DNA of 64,000 nt from a virus (Duplodnaviria; Caudoviricetes). Positions within the stretch are counted from its first letter, which is position 1. Every line of letters starts with the position of its first letter. The DNA lies in IMG/VR virus record IMGVR_UViG_3300037067_027649, positions 1 to 64,000 of that record, one strand, 5' to 3'. Positions 7,970-17,361 of this stretch are shown here, one piece after another. Below the pieces are notes generated by a model that saw nothing but the letters and a program-made list of their open reading frames with translations, ran no database searches and was not told the origin of the DNA. The position numbers and the translations under genes were made by a program.

Positions 7970-9343
7970 AGAAAACCACGAAATCTTTAGTTTCGTGTAT
8001 GAATTTCAAATATAATAAAAATATTTTAAAAATTTACAAAAAAGAATAAAAAAGAAAAATAGACTATAAATATTTTATATATATGATTATAAAAAAGTAT
8101 ATATAAAAATTGAAAACATATCAAATAAGAATATTTCCAACAATTAATCAGATAAACCAATTAAAAGAATTATCTGATATAAGAAAAGATATTTGGAATA
8201 AGCTTTTAGATATAGAAGAAAATGAATATAAAACAAACAAAAAAATATTTAATAATTTCGATTTAAATAATATGCTTCCAGATTTAAAAGAACAACATAT
8301 AAATTGGAAGAAATTAAATTCAAAAGCAATACAAACAATATCATCAGAATTATATGGTTCTTATCGTTCATTTTTTAATTTAATAAAAAAAGATAAAACA
8401 GCAAGACCACCAAAGAAAATTCAAGATAATATTTTTCATACTATAAATTGGAATCAATCTGGTTGGATAATTAAAGATGATAATAAAATTATAATTAACA
8501 AAATATCATTTTACTATAAATCAAATTTAAATATTAAAACATTAAATATAAAAGAAATAAGAATAAAATATAAAAATAATAAATGGTTGTGTGATTTAGT
8601 AGTTGATAATAAAATAAAATATGAAGATATTTTAAATATAAAAACAAAAATTTTAGCAATAGATTTAGGTTTAGAAAAATTATGTCATGGTATTGATAAT
8701 AAAGGAAATGAAGTTATAATAAAAAATAAATCTAAGAATATAAATAAATATTTTCAAAAACAGATAAAAAAGATACAACAAAAAAGAAGTAAAACAGTTA
8801 AAGGTTCAAAACGAAATATAAAATTAAAAAAAGTTTTAAATAAATGTTATCATAAAAAGAATAGTCAAATAAAACAAACTCTACATATTCAGAGTAAAAA
8901 ATTAGTGAATATGAACTATAATACAATTATAGTTGGTGATTTGAGTGTTAAAAAATTGATGAATTCAGAAGGAATAAATAAAAATAAAAAAGGTGTTAGA
9001 AAATCATTTCATCATTCTAATATTAATATGTTTTTACAATTTCTTTCTTATAAATGTCAAGCAAAAAATATTAACTTAACAAAAATAGATGAAAAATGGA
9101 CTACACAGTTAAATTGTTTGACAGGAAAAATTTTTGATAAAAAAATTGAATTAAAAGATAGAAAAGTTCAATTATCAAACACCATTATTATTGATCGTGA
9201 TTTAAATTCAGCCATAAATATTTTAAACAGATGGTTTGAAAATCACTTTGCTTCTATGAACGAGCCACTTGATGTTTCAAGTGTTGTTAAAAAGTTTAAC
9301 CTTTTTAATGAAACTACTAAATCTTTAGTTTAGTTGTAGTTCA
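7970..9343 (+). mobile_element. tnpB-only IS200/IS605-family element
   Basis: Left-end hairpin CACGAAA-TCTTTAG-TTTCGTG (7977-7997), right-end hairpin ACTAAA-TCTTTAG-TTTAGT (9316-9334) ending TTCA; preceded by TTGAA; no tnpA. Confidence 0.85.
8110..9333 (+). CDS. tnpB: TnpB RNA-guided nuclease
   Basis: N-terminal HTH (RIFPTINQ...L), RuvC-I LAIDLG, RuvC-II IVGDL with downstream DE, RuvC-III DRDLNSAINI. Confidence 0.92.
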   Translation: MKTYQIRIFPTINQINQLKELSDIRKDIWNKLLDIEENEYKTNKKIFNNFDLNNMLPDLKEQHINWKKLNSKAIQTISSELYGSYRSFFNLIKKDKTARPPKKIQDNIFHTINWNQSGWIIKDDNKIIINKISFYYKSNLNIKTLNIKEIRIKYKNNKWLCDLVVDNKIKYEDILNIKTKILAIDLGLEKLCHGIDNKGNEVIIKNKSKNINKYFQKQIKKIQQKRSKTVKGSKRNIKLKKVLNKCYHKKNSQIKQTLHIQSKKLVNMNYNTIIVGDLSVKKLMNSEGINKNKKGVRKSFHHSNINMFLQFLSYKCQAKNINLTKIDEKWTTQLNCLTGKIFDKKIELKDRKVQLSNTIIIDRDLNSAINILNRWFENHFASMNEPLDVSSVVKKFNLFNETTKSLV

Positions 9344-9360
9344 TTATAAGAATTCCAACT
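9200..9360 (+). ncRNA. Putative omegaRNA overlapping the tnpB 3' end; guide from flank TTATAAGAATTCC...
   Basis: Inferred from known TnpB architecture; 5' boundary uncertain. Confidence 0.45.
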
Positions 9361-9441
9361 CATAGGCATACGTTTACCATTTAAAAGAACTATATACCAA
9401 TCTCCTTTTTCTGGATTATAGTTGTTTGTCCACATAATGTA

Positions 9442-10065
9442 TTAATTATTAATTTGGTTAATCTTTTCTAATCTTTTTAATTTTGTAACCTCTTCAAAAG
9501 TCAAATTAACTAACATTTTAACGGCAGTTTCATATTTTTTATGTAAATGATGATTATCATTTAATATACTTAAAGGTATTTTATGTTCTTTAAGAATTTT
9601 TTTATATTTACTCAAAATATTTTTTTCAAATATTTCTCTACTTATTTTATAATGAATTAACATAATGTTATGTGATGAATCCAAAAACTGGTCAAATGTA
9701 AACTTACTTATTTTATGATTATTTACATTTAATATAAAATATTCTAATTCTTCCTTTAATATTAAGAAAAATAAATAAAAAAATGAATTTCTTTCAAAAT
9801 TATCAAAACAAACATTTATTCCAAATGTGTCTGTAACAGGATAATTATAATTATAATTTAAATAATCATATTTTTCTGATTTCATATTGAATTTAATTAC
9901 AAAACTTGATTTGTTAATTTGTTTATAAACACCAGTTAAAGATATTTCATATTTTTCAAAATATGAATATAAATCATCATTTGAGTATTTTAGATAAACA
10001 CTCCTTGTTTGTTTAGTTTTATATTTTGTTATATTGACGTACACTTTATTATATTTAAAATACAA
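9442..10065 (-). CDS. Hypothetical protein with C-terminal tag
   Basis: Ends LKRLEKINQINN; start uncertain (TTG overlaps a TATATTTG motif). Confidence 0.7.
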   Translation of the reverse strand: MYFKYNKVYVNITKYKTKQTRSVYLKYSNDDLYSYFEKYEISLTGVYKQINKSSFVIKFNMKSEKYDYLNYNYNYPVTDTFGINVCFDNFERNSFFYLFFLILKEELEYFILNVNNHKISKFTFDQFLDSSHNIMLIHYKISREIFEKNILSKYKKILKEHKIPLSILNDNHHLHKKYETAVKMLVNLTFEEVTKLKRLEKINQINN

Positions 10066-10088
10066 ATATAATAAAAAATATTAATAAA

Positions 10089-10436
10089 TCAAAACCCTAT
10101 TGGATAATCATTAAAATCAAATGTTAATTCAATATAATTATGATTTGTATTTATTAAATAATCATAAAAACCATTTTTACCTTTAAACTTATTTAATATA
10201 TTTTTTACTTTATTCCATTCATCTAAAGATATACCACCAATAGAATTTTCATTAAATGTTATTCTAACTTCATTTGTTTCTGGTTTAAAAGTAACTGTAT
10301 CTATACCTTCTCCAACAAAATCAAATATATCTCTTAAATTATCTTCAGATATAATTATTTCTTTATCTCCAATTTTGGATAATGATGTTAATTCTAAGAC
10401 TTGTTCGTTTAAAAAATCTTTAAAATTAGTTATCAT
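10089..10436 (-). CDS. Putative virion internal protein (capsid-targeting leader)
   Basis: Start moved to ATG 10436: MITNFKDFLNE. Confidence 0.65.
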   Translation of the reverse strand: MITNFKDFLNEQVLELTSLSKIGDKEIIISEDNLRDIFDFVGEGIDTVTFKPETNEVRITFNENSIGGISLDEWNKVKNILNKFKGKNGFYDYLINTNHNYIELTFDFNDYPIGF

Positions 10437-10437
10437 A

Positions 10438-10647
10438 TTAAACTCTTTCTTGTAACTTTTTAATAACTTCTTCAAGAACATACTGCGCTCTATATGGCAT
10501 TTCAGATGATATATTTCTTGTTCTATTATTTATAATAGCTGAGAATTCAGAAGCTAATTCTTCTGCTATTTCATCCAATTCTGGATATTTTGGATCATTA
10601 AGACTTTCTGATACGTTATATTCTGAATATTTTTTAATATTTTCCAT
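10438..10647 (-). CDS. Putative virion internal protein (capsid-targeting leader)
   Basis: MENIKKYSEYNVSES; TAATATATA upstream. Confidence 0.65.
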   Translation of the reverse strand: MENIKKYSEYNVSESLNDPKYPELDEIAEELASEFSAIINNRTRNISSEMPYRAQYVLEEVIKKLQERV

Positions 10648-10669
10648 ACTAAATACATTTATTTTTTAG

Positions 10670-10678
10670 TATATATTA
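10670..10678 (-). promoter_or_regulatory. Putative late promoter TAATATATA
   Basis: 23 nt upstream of ATG 10647. Confidence 0.6.
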
Positions 10679-11416
10679 AAAATTATTTTTTAAAAAATAT
10701 TTATCTTTTCTTTTTTCTAATTCTATTTCTTTATTATCTTCTATATTCCAGAAAAAATCAATATTAGTTTTTTGTTCAATCTCATCAATAGTAGTTTGAT
10801 AATTCAATATTTTGTTGTCTATATCATTATTATTTGGAAAAATAAAGCTTATTATTTTATTGTTAATATCATCATATATAATTTTATATAAATGTGTTGG
10901 AACTAAGATTTTATTTTCAACACCTATATAATTAGTAGAATCTAAATATATACCACCAGTTATTATATACAAATTATATTTAGTTTTTTTTACATAATTT
11001 CTGATATCATATTCAAGATATTTCCAAGTAAATCTATTTAATTTAGGTGTTTGAGGTAATATATTAGAAGTATAAAAAGATTCAAGCATAGCAACATGAG
11101 AAAAACACATATCTGCTGCAGGTGCAAGATGACCTCTATCATATCCACTATTAGTATAATCATTGTGTTTTGGTGTTCCTTCTAAAATAAACTTATCTTG
11201 AATGAAATAATTATATCTTTTGGTTGCTATACAATTAATTTCTGGATAAGATAATTCATAACAAACCCATTCAGAACTATTAATTTTTTTAACATAAGAT
11301 AATATATAGTTTTCATGCTTTAATACAGTGCCACAATTACTTGGAATATACTTATTATCTTGGGCGTTAACTGTATAAATTACAAAGAAAAATATTAAAA
11401 ATAATAAATTTTTCAT
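10676..11416 (-). CDS. DNA/RNA non-specific endonuclease (NucA/EndA family) with signal peptide
   Basis: SGYDRGHLAPAAD, FYTSNILPQ..LNR..W..LE; hydrophobic N-terminus. Confidence 0.9.
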   Translation of the reverse strand: MKNLLFLIFFFVIYTVNAQDNKYIPSNCGTVLKHENYILSYVKKINSSEWVCYELSYPEINCIATKRYNYFIQDKFILEGTPKHNDYTNSGYDRGHLAPAADMCFSHVAMLESFYTSNILPQTPKLNRFTWKYLEYDIRNYVKKTKYNLYIITGGIYLDSTNYIGVENKILVPTHLYKIIYDDINNKIISFIFPNNNDIDNKILNYQTTIDEIEQKTNIDFFWNIEDNKEIELEKRKDKYFLKNNF

Positions 11417-11482
11417 TATTAGTTTTGGTTTTTGTTATACAAAACTAATAATAAATTAGTTATAAAAAAAATATTTTTAAAA

Positions 11483-11770
11483 TTAGATGACTTCTATAAC
11501 TTTTCCATAAACTTGTTTTGTCCATCCGTTTATATTACCTTTATTATTACCTATTAAACAACCTCTATCATTATTCTTTGCTTTTACAAGATGTGTATAT
11601 AATCTTCCTTTAACTTTACAATATACAATATCACCTACATTAACATCTTCCCATTTAGCTGGTTCTAATACGTGTTCTTGTCCTGATTTAATTAATGGCA
11701 ACATTGAGTTACCTTTCTCTCTGGTTACAAACGTTTCACCATTGAGAAGTTTTTCTACTTTATAATTCAT
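11483..11770 (-). CDS. S24/S26 peptidase-like protein
   Basis: GNSMLPLIKSG and GDIVYC...HLVK. Confidence 0.65.
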   Translation of the reverse strand: MNYKVEKLLNGETFVTREKGNSMLPLIKSGQEHVLEPAKWEDVNVGDIVYCKVKGRLYTHLVKAKNNDRGCLIGNNKGNINGWTKQVYGKVIEVI

Positions 11771-11772
11771 TT

Positions 11773-12405
11773 TTAATTATTATATAAATTTTCTGATTTT
11801 TTTATAAAAATATTTTTAGTATCTAAATATTTTTCTAACATGAATTTTATTAAAATATAACTTTCACTATAATTTAAATTGAATTTTTTTGATAAAAATG
11901 TGAATATTTCATCATTTATAATATAATTATTATATTGTTTATCATGATTTATTATAGCTACATTATTTTTTTTATAAACTATTATTTTATCATTTAGTTT
12001 AGATTTAAATATATCTAAATCTTCTAATTTTTCTTTAAAATATTTTTCGCAATCTTTTTGTTCATTTTGATGTAAACCTATAATGTATTTTTCATAAATA
12101 TATATTTTAAATTCTCCTAATTTTTCTCTTATTTTATCATTTTCTATTAATAATAGTGAAATACCTTTATCTAATTTATTACTAAACATAATTGTTATTA
12201 TTTGATTTAAATAACTTCTAAATTCAATAGTATTTGGTAAATCACTTTCAAGTGCATATTTTACACCTTTAAAATAATTGTTTTTTAAAGATTGTGTAAA
12301 AATGTAAATATCTTTTTGAGAAAAAAGTTCTTTATCTATTTGTTCTACTGATTTAGGTATCATCTTATCTCTAAGACTTTCATTATATGTTTTCAAATAT
12401 TTCAT
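11773..12405 (-). CDS. Putative internal protein: leader, ankyrin-like segment and C-terminal family-D domain
   Basis: MKYLKTYNESLRDKMIPKS; first ~55 aa similar to 29656. Confidence 0.7.
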   Translation of the reverse strand: MKYLKTYNESLRDKMIPKSVEQIDKELFSQKDIYIFTQSLKNNYFKGVKYALESDLPNTIEFRSYLNQIITIMFSNKLDKGISLLLIENDKIREKLGEFKIYIYEKYIIGLHQNEQKDCEKYFKEKLEDLDIFKSKLNDKIIVYKKNNVAIINHDKQYNNYIINDEIFTFLSKKFNLNYSESYILIKFMLEKYLDTKNIFIKKSENLYNN

Positions 12406-12480
12406 ATAGCATATATATTTAAATAAATATATGTAAAAAATTATAACACTACATGTTTTATTTAATTTTATTATTTTAAA

Positions 12481-13011
12481 TTAACGCTTTTTTTCAACTG
12501 TACAAATGGTGTCATTATGTGGCCCACCATGAGCAACCATGAGAATTTCAATAATTTCAAATCCTTTTGTTTTTCCTATTCCATTTGTATTCCATCCAAA
12601 AGAAATTACAATACTGCCAGGTTTTGTTATTCGTGCTATTTCTTTTTTTAAATTACCCCAAAAACTTGACTGAGTAGTTTGCATATTTACAGTTTTACCA
12701 AATTTTTTATAACATTCACTCACTTGTCGTGGACTATATGGTGGATCATATAAAACAAAATCTATACTATTATCATCAAATTGTTTTAAAAAATCTAATG
12801 CATCCATACAATAATCAGCACCCATTTCAGGGTCTAAATCATTAGTTATTTTAGCAATTCTATTTTTATTTGCAAATGGGTCTATACTTTCATATTCAGG
12901 TTTGAAATATTTATATATCAAATTGTTGATACATTTAATATTAAATGTGTTTGAATTTGGCATCTCCCAAATACGTGAAAATAAAGGTTGTGTAATTAAT
13001 ATTTTACTCAT
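12481..13011 (-). CDS. Putative DNA amino-methyltransferase
   Basis: IDPFA SAM-binding-like motif and LYDPPYS catalytic motif; start moved to ATG 13011. Confidence 0.8.
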   Translation of the reverse strand: MSKILITQPLFSRIWEMPNSNTFNIKCINNLIYKYFKPEYESIDPFANKNRIAKITNDLDPEMGADYCMDALDFLKQFDDNSIDFVLYDPPYSPRQVSECYKKFGKTVNMQTTQSSFWGNLKKEIARITKPGSIVISFGWNTNGIGKTKGFEIIEILMVAHGGPHNDTICTVEKKR

Positions 13012-13370
13012 ATTCCTTCTTTTATTATTTTCCAATTTTTATTTATCATCGGGTGTGTAAATATACCCGCACTAATATAATCTATAACACCAAGACCAAA
13101 TCTATTATATTTTGTTTCATCTACACAATATGAAGCTTTACCACCGCTTTCAAATCTTATAGTAGAATGTTTAGCATATTTGCTTTTTATAATTTCATAT
13201 TGTAATAAAAAATTATCAGTATCACCATCTCCAATATCATTATATCCAAGTTTTGTTTTAAGAACTTTTCCTGTTAATCTTAATATGATAGTATCATTTG
13301 ATTCTACTGGAGATATTTCAGCACCTTTAGTGAGTTTGTGATTAAGTATGTATTCTTCTTGTTTTTGCAT
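13008..13370 (-). CDS. Hypothetical protein
   Basis: ATGA overlap with the methyltransferase gene. Confidence 0.7.
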   Translation of the reverse strand: MQKQEEYILNHKLTKGAEISPVESNDTIILRLTGKVLKTKLGYNDIGDGDTDNFLLQYEIIKSKYAKHSTIRFESGGKASYCVDETKYNRFGLGVIDYISAGIFTHPMINKNWKIIKEGI

Positions 13371-13407
13371 AAAATATAAATATCAAAAATAAAAAATAAG
13401 AATAAAA

Positions 13408-13749
13408 TTATTTTTTATTTATTTGATCTATTTTATTTTTTCTTATACCAGATTTTGAATTACTAAAATTTAATTCTTTAATTTTTTTATAAAAAATTGG
13501 ACAATCATCTTGGATGTTTTCAATATCAGATAATTTAAACTCAAAATATGTATCAACATTATTATCATCGTCAATATATTCATCTGTTTTAAATTGTATA
13601 CCTAAGTTTTCAAGAGCCATATTAATTAAAAAATATGGTGTCATTTCATTTGATGTTGTAACTATTGTTATATTTCCTTTTCCATCTGCATACAATGAAC
13701 TAAAAAGATTATTTAATACAGAATCTACGGTTAAATTTATATTTTTCAT
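13408..13749 (-). CDS. Hypothetical protein with C-terminal tag
   Basis: Ends GIRKNKIDQINKK; TATATTTG upstream. Confidence 0.7.
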   Translation of the reverse strand: MKNINLTVDSVLNNLFSSLYADGKGNITIVTTSNEMTPYFLINMALENLGIQFKTDEYIDDDNNVDTYFEFKLSDIENIQDDCPIFYKKIKELNFSNSKSGIRKNKIDQINKK

Positions 13750-13766
13750 ATTAATAATTATTTTTA

Positions 13767-13774
13767 CAAATATA
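13767..13774 (-). promoter_or_regulatory. Bacteroidota-type -7 element TATATTTG
   Basis: 18 nt upstream of ATG 13749. Confidence 0.6.
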
Positions 13775-13801
13775 ATATTTTATTTCATAATTAAAAATAT
13801 A

Positions 13802-14326
13802 TTAATAAACAATTTTAATATATTTTTCTAATTCATTAATTAATGTATTAGTGTATACTTCAACATCATTTATTATTTTATCTTTAGCTTTTTTATCATT
13901 TTCATTAAGACCACTTTCAAAAAACACCTTATTACCATCACTTAAACTGTAATAATAAAAATTAGAATAATTAAATTTAATTTTATTATCATAAAACTGG
14001 AAAGTTAATACAAATCTTATTCTTAAACCAGTATAACCTAATAAATTATTTTCAGGTTTAAAATATTGTTTTATTATTAATATATTATCATCAAATGAAT
14101 TAATCCATTTATATCCATCAGATGTATATTTAATATTTTTTATCCAATAAAAAGTTTTATCAAATAATTCATTTTTATTTATAGAATCAATATTTAATTC
14201 TCCATTAACTTCATATTTTTTAGTAATATAATTTTTTTCTAATTTATATTCTATATAAACATCTTGTGATTTTACATTACTAATAAACACTAAAAAACTA
14301 ATAATTAAAATTATTTTTTTACTCAT
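13802..14326 (-). CDS. Exported protein, DUF4468-like
   Basis: Signal peptide; KNELFDKTFYWI...RIRFVLTFQFYDNKIK pattern recalled for this Bacteroidota family. Confidence 0.55.
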   Translation of the reverse strand: MSKKIILIISFLVFISNVKSQDVYIEYKLEKNYITKKYEVNGELNIDSINKNELFDKTFYWIKNIKYTSDGYKWINSFDDNILIIKQYFKPENNLLGYTGLRIRFVLTFQFYDNKIKFNYSNFYYYSLSDGNKVFFESGLNENDKKAKDKIINDVEVYTNTLINELEKYIKIVY

Positions 14327-14338
14327 ATTTTTATATTT

Positions 14339-14677
14339 TCACTTATTTAAATCTTCAAACATCATACCTTCTAATGGGTGATATATAATTCTGATGTTAT
14401 GTTCTTGGCATAATTTTAAAAATTTTTCATAAAATTCTTTTTGATTTTCATCTTTACAATTATTGTTCATTTGTAATCTCTGATATTCTGGTTTATTATA
14501 ATATAAACCTTGTTGAAATCCAACATTTATACCAGAATGAAAAATTTCTTTCAATTCCGAATTAGTATATTTTCTTCCAAATGGGTGAATAAATAATTCT
14601 AAAAAAGTTGATTTTTCTGAAAAAGATTTATCACTTCTTTTAAAATCTTCTATAAATTTATTTTCTACTGGATTCAT
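14339..14677 (-). CDS. Hypothetical protein
   Basis: 112-aa ORF. Confidence 0.7.
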   Translation of the reverse strand: MNPVENKFIEDFKRSDKSFSEKSTFLELFIHPFGRKYTNSELKEIFHSGINVGFQQGLYYNKPEYQRLQMNNNCKDENQKEFYEKFLKLCQEHNIRIIYHPLEGMMFEDLNK

Positions 14678-14740
14678 AATGTTATTTTTAATTAAATATA
14701 ATATTTATTATCATATTTAACAAAAAAGTTTATAAAAAAT

Positions 14741-14749
14741 TAATATATA
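14741..14749 (+). promoter_or_regulatory. Putative late promoter TAATATATA
   Basis: 29 nt upstream of ATG 14778. Confidence 0.6.
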
Positions 14750-14777
14750 ATACTGAAAAAATATTATTAATATTATT

Positions 14778-15599
14778 ATGTTAAATTATAAATTATTTGA
14801 AAATTTACAAAAAGCAAAAAAAGTTTTATTTGATCATAAAATACCTGAATCAAATCCAGATTTCATTAAGCTGAAAGACTTATTAAAAAATAATATGGGT
14901 TATATTGGTAAATTCACTGAATGGATGGTTGTTGATCATGAACCTTTTGATAAAATAAAAGATACTTTTATAGAATTACAAAATAATCCAATAAATAAAC
15001 CATTTGATAGTTTTAAAAAACTTGAAGAATTATATGATTATATTCAATCATATACTGGTGATAAAAAAGTAAATCAAATGTTAAAAGCATTACCATCAGG
15101 CACACGTTCATTTGCCGAAAAAAGTAAAGAATTGAAAGATTTATTAAAAATGAACATAAAATACACTAAAGCTATTGTAGATTTATATTCAAAAAAAGGT
15201 GGTAGATATAAAGAAATAAAAAAATTAATAAGTGATACTATTGATTATATTACAAATATAAGTGGTGATTTTAATTTAGAAAATATGTTAGAAAAAATAA
15301 AAGATTATAATGTTGAAATTATTGAAGCTAATCCTGAAATTTTAATGATAAAAGTTAATGATTATAAAGCTGCTCATGATTTAGGTTCAATACATTGGTG
15401 TATAAGTACATCAAAATCAACATTTGAACAGTATGCAAATGCTTTTACTGTTCAATATTTTATTTATGATTTTACTAAAAAAATATCTGATATAAGTCAT
15501 TTAATTGGTGCTACATTAAATCCAAATGGTGAAATAGCATATGCACATTATGCTGATGATTCTAAAGTAGAAGATTTATCTATTTTTGATGAATTATAA
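14778..15599 (+). CDS. Putative internal protein with WCIS motif
   Basis: Leader MLNYKLFEN; HWCISTSKSTFEQY segment. Confidence 0.7.
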   Translation: MLNYKLFENLQKAKKVLFDHKIPESNPDFIKLKDLLKNNMGYIGKFTEWMVVDHEPFDKIKDTFIELQNNPINKPFDSFKKLEELYDYIQSYTGDKKVNQMLKALPSGTRSFAEKSKELKDLLKMNIKYTKAIVDLYSKKGGRYKEIKKLISDTIDYITNISGDFNLENMLEKIKDYNVEIIEANPEILMIKVNDYKAAHDLGSIHWCISTSKSTFEQYANAFTVQYFIYDFTKKISDISHLIGATLNPNGEIAYAHYADDSKVEDLSIFDEL

Positions 15600-15609
15600 A
15601 ACTAATATT

Positions 15610-16443
15610 ATGAAAACTTTTAAACAATTTATATATGAAGGAAAACAAGTTGGATTATTATATCATTTTACTAATAATGAATCTTTAAATAAAATTTTAG
15701 ATGAAAATAAAATGATTGGTTCTTTTATGTATGAAGAAAACGGTAAAGATATATATGGTGTTTCTACAACAAGAAATAAAAATTTAAATTATGATTTTAA
15801 AAAAAATAATATACGAATTACTCTTGATGGTGATAAATTATCTAATAATTATAAAATTAAACCAAAAGATTATTGGTATAGACAATATAACATTCCATTC
15901 AACCCACAAACAGTAGATGAAGATGAAGAAACTATATTAACACCAAAAGGATATATATATAATATTAAAAATTATATAATATCAATTGATAATATTAAAA
16001 ATCAAAATTACATTAATGAAAATTCTAATAATGATAAAATAATATATCATTTTACTGAAAATATAGATTCACTATTATCTATTTTAGATAGTAATTCGTT
16101 ACAATCTGGTTCTTTTAATGGTAGATTTGGAAGAGGATATGAAAATATATCTTTTACTTGGAATCCTAATTTATGGGATATTGAATATGTTGGAGATATT
16201 GAAGAAAGATATAAAATAAGAATATCTTTTGATTATACTAAAATGAGTAAAAAATGGGAATTTAAACCATTTGATTATGGAATACCAGAAGAACAAGAAG
16301 AAATTGTAGAAGAAGAAGAAATGTATGGAATTTTAGAATACATTACTGAAATTTTAATTAGTTCTAAAGAATCTAAAAAAGAAGTTCAAAATTTAAAAAT
16401 TCGTTATCCAAAATTAAATATAAAAATAGTTAAAAGAAAATAA
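15610..16443 (+). CDS. Putative internal protein with two tandem ADP-ribosyltransferase-like domains
   Basis: Start moved to 15610: MKTFKQFIYE; duplicated YHFT...IL...S(T/F)T(R/W)N...KP.DY...EE.I. Confidence 0.6.
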   Translation: MKTFKQFIYEGKQVGLLYHFTNNESLNKILDENKMIGSFMYEENGKDIYGVSTTRNKNLNYDFKKNNIRITLDGDKLSNNYKIKPKDYWYRQYNIPFNPQTVDEDEETILTPKGYIYNIKNYIISIDNIKNQNYINENSNNDKIIYHFTENIDSLLSILDSNSLQSGSFNGRFGRGYENISFTWNPNLWDIEYVGDIEERYKIRISFDYTKMSKKWEFKPFDYGIPEEQEEIVEEEEMYGILEYITEILISSKESKKEVQNLKIRYPKLNIKIVKRK

Positions 16444-16446
16444 TAA

Positions 16447-16629
16447 CTAATTTTCATTTACTTTAAATAGAACATCTATAATTAAATCAGTGTTAATTAA
16501 ATATCCATCTTTATCAAAATAAAGTGGTTTACCATTTTCAGAAAAAGTATTAGTTTTTCTAAATTTGTTATCACAATATTCTTTATATTTTATTTTTTGA
16601 CAAAATGTCAATTCTTTATATTTATTCAT
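16447..16629 (-). CDS. Hypothetical protein
   Basis: Start moved to ATG 16629 (MNKYKELTFCQK); codons upstream lie inside the inserted cassette. Confidence 0.65.
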   Translation of the reverse strand: MNKYKELTFCQKIKYKEYCDNKFRKTNTFSENGKPLYFDKDGYLINTDLIIDVLFKVNEN

Positions 16630-16636
16630 TATAATA

Positions 16637-16721
16637 AACGGCTGCGTGTATGAAACGTAGCCACGCACAACACTTGATATAAACCACAGACCTTAATTGG
16701 CTATGTTTTATACACGATGTT
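16637..16721. other. attC-like hairpin recombination site
   Basis: AAC-GGCTG-CGTGTATGAAACGTAGCC ...36 nt... GGCTATGTTTTATACACG-AT-GTT; 18-bp arms, 16/18 complementary plus two G-T pairs. Confidence 0.7.
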
Positions 16722-17361
16722 AGCACCAGTACGGGTTATTTAGTGGAATTTTAAATTTGGAATATTTATATATAAAGATAAAACGATGAGTAAAGAAATA
16801 CGACAAATGATAGACAAAGTGAAAAACTTTAAACAATTTGTGAATGAACAACAAGAAATTGAAACCAATATAAATAATAATTTTAGAAAATGGTTTAGTG
16901 GTAGTAAAGTTGTTTATAATGGAAAACCATTACCTGTTTATCATGGTTCTCATTCTGATTTTGAAGAATTTATGGGTGATACATATTTCACAGATGATTA
17001 TATGAATGCTGACGGATATGCTGGTGGTGAATATGTATATGAGGTTTTTATATCAATAAAAAATCCACTAATTATTGATGCAAAAGATAGAAAATGGGAT
17101 GATATTGAAACCGAAGATGGTGTAACATCAACACAAGGTATTGTTGGTATGGTAGATAGAAGTAAATATGATGGGGTTATTTTTATTAACGTTAAAGATA
17201 GTTGGATAGATGATGTTGACTATCAAGATGCTTCAACCATATATGTTACATTTAAACCTAACCAAATTAAATCTATTGATAATGATGGAACTTGGGATAT
17301 AAATGATAATAACATATATTCATAATGCTTAATCGAAGCACTTCCGTAGTATTGGTGCTAA
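16639..17361 (-). mobile_element. Integron-like gene cassette (723 bp) inserted at a G|TT site
   Basis: Minus strand: G|TTAGCACC ... GGTGCTAAC-hairpin-G|TT; deleting it restores a gene end FNCLL* with TAATG coupling. Confidence 0.75.
16786..17325 (+). CDS. ADP-ribosyltransferase-like protein (ART-PolyVal type) with capsid-targeting leader
   Basis: VKNFKQFVNE; PLPVYHGS...YFTDD...A..YA...VYEVFI...NP...YDGVIF. Confidence 0.7.
   Translation: MSKEIRQMIDKVKNFKQFVNEQQEIETNINNNFRKWFSGSKVVYNGKPLPVYHGSHSDFEEFMGDTYFTDDYMNADGYAGGEYVYEVFISIKNPLIIDAKDRKWDDIETEDGVTSTQGIVGMVDRSKYDGVIFINVKDSWIDDVDYQDASTIYVTFKPNQIKSIDNDGTWDINDNNIYS

Larger units (their letters stand above)
7875..9435 (-). pseudogene. Small gene split by the tnpB element (pieces 9344-9435 and 7875-7969)
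   Basis: Joined flanks read MWTNNYNPEKGDWYIVLLNGKRMPMSWNSYNSM; continuation KYKFWADFGGKTYKPDQIDCWLDDEKCK needs a 1-nt correction in an A-run. Confidence 0.55.

Noticed and set aside
7959-9345. TTCATT target-site duplication around the tnpB element
   Set aside because: Not present at the second copy; the shared TTGAA and TTCA ends fit IS200/605 insertion without duplication.
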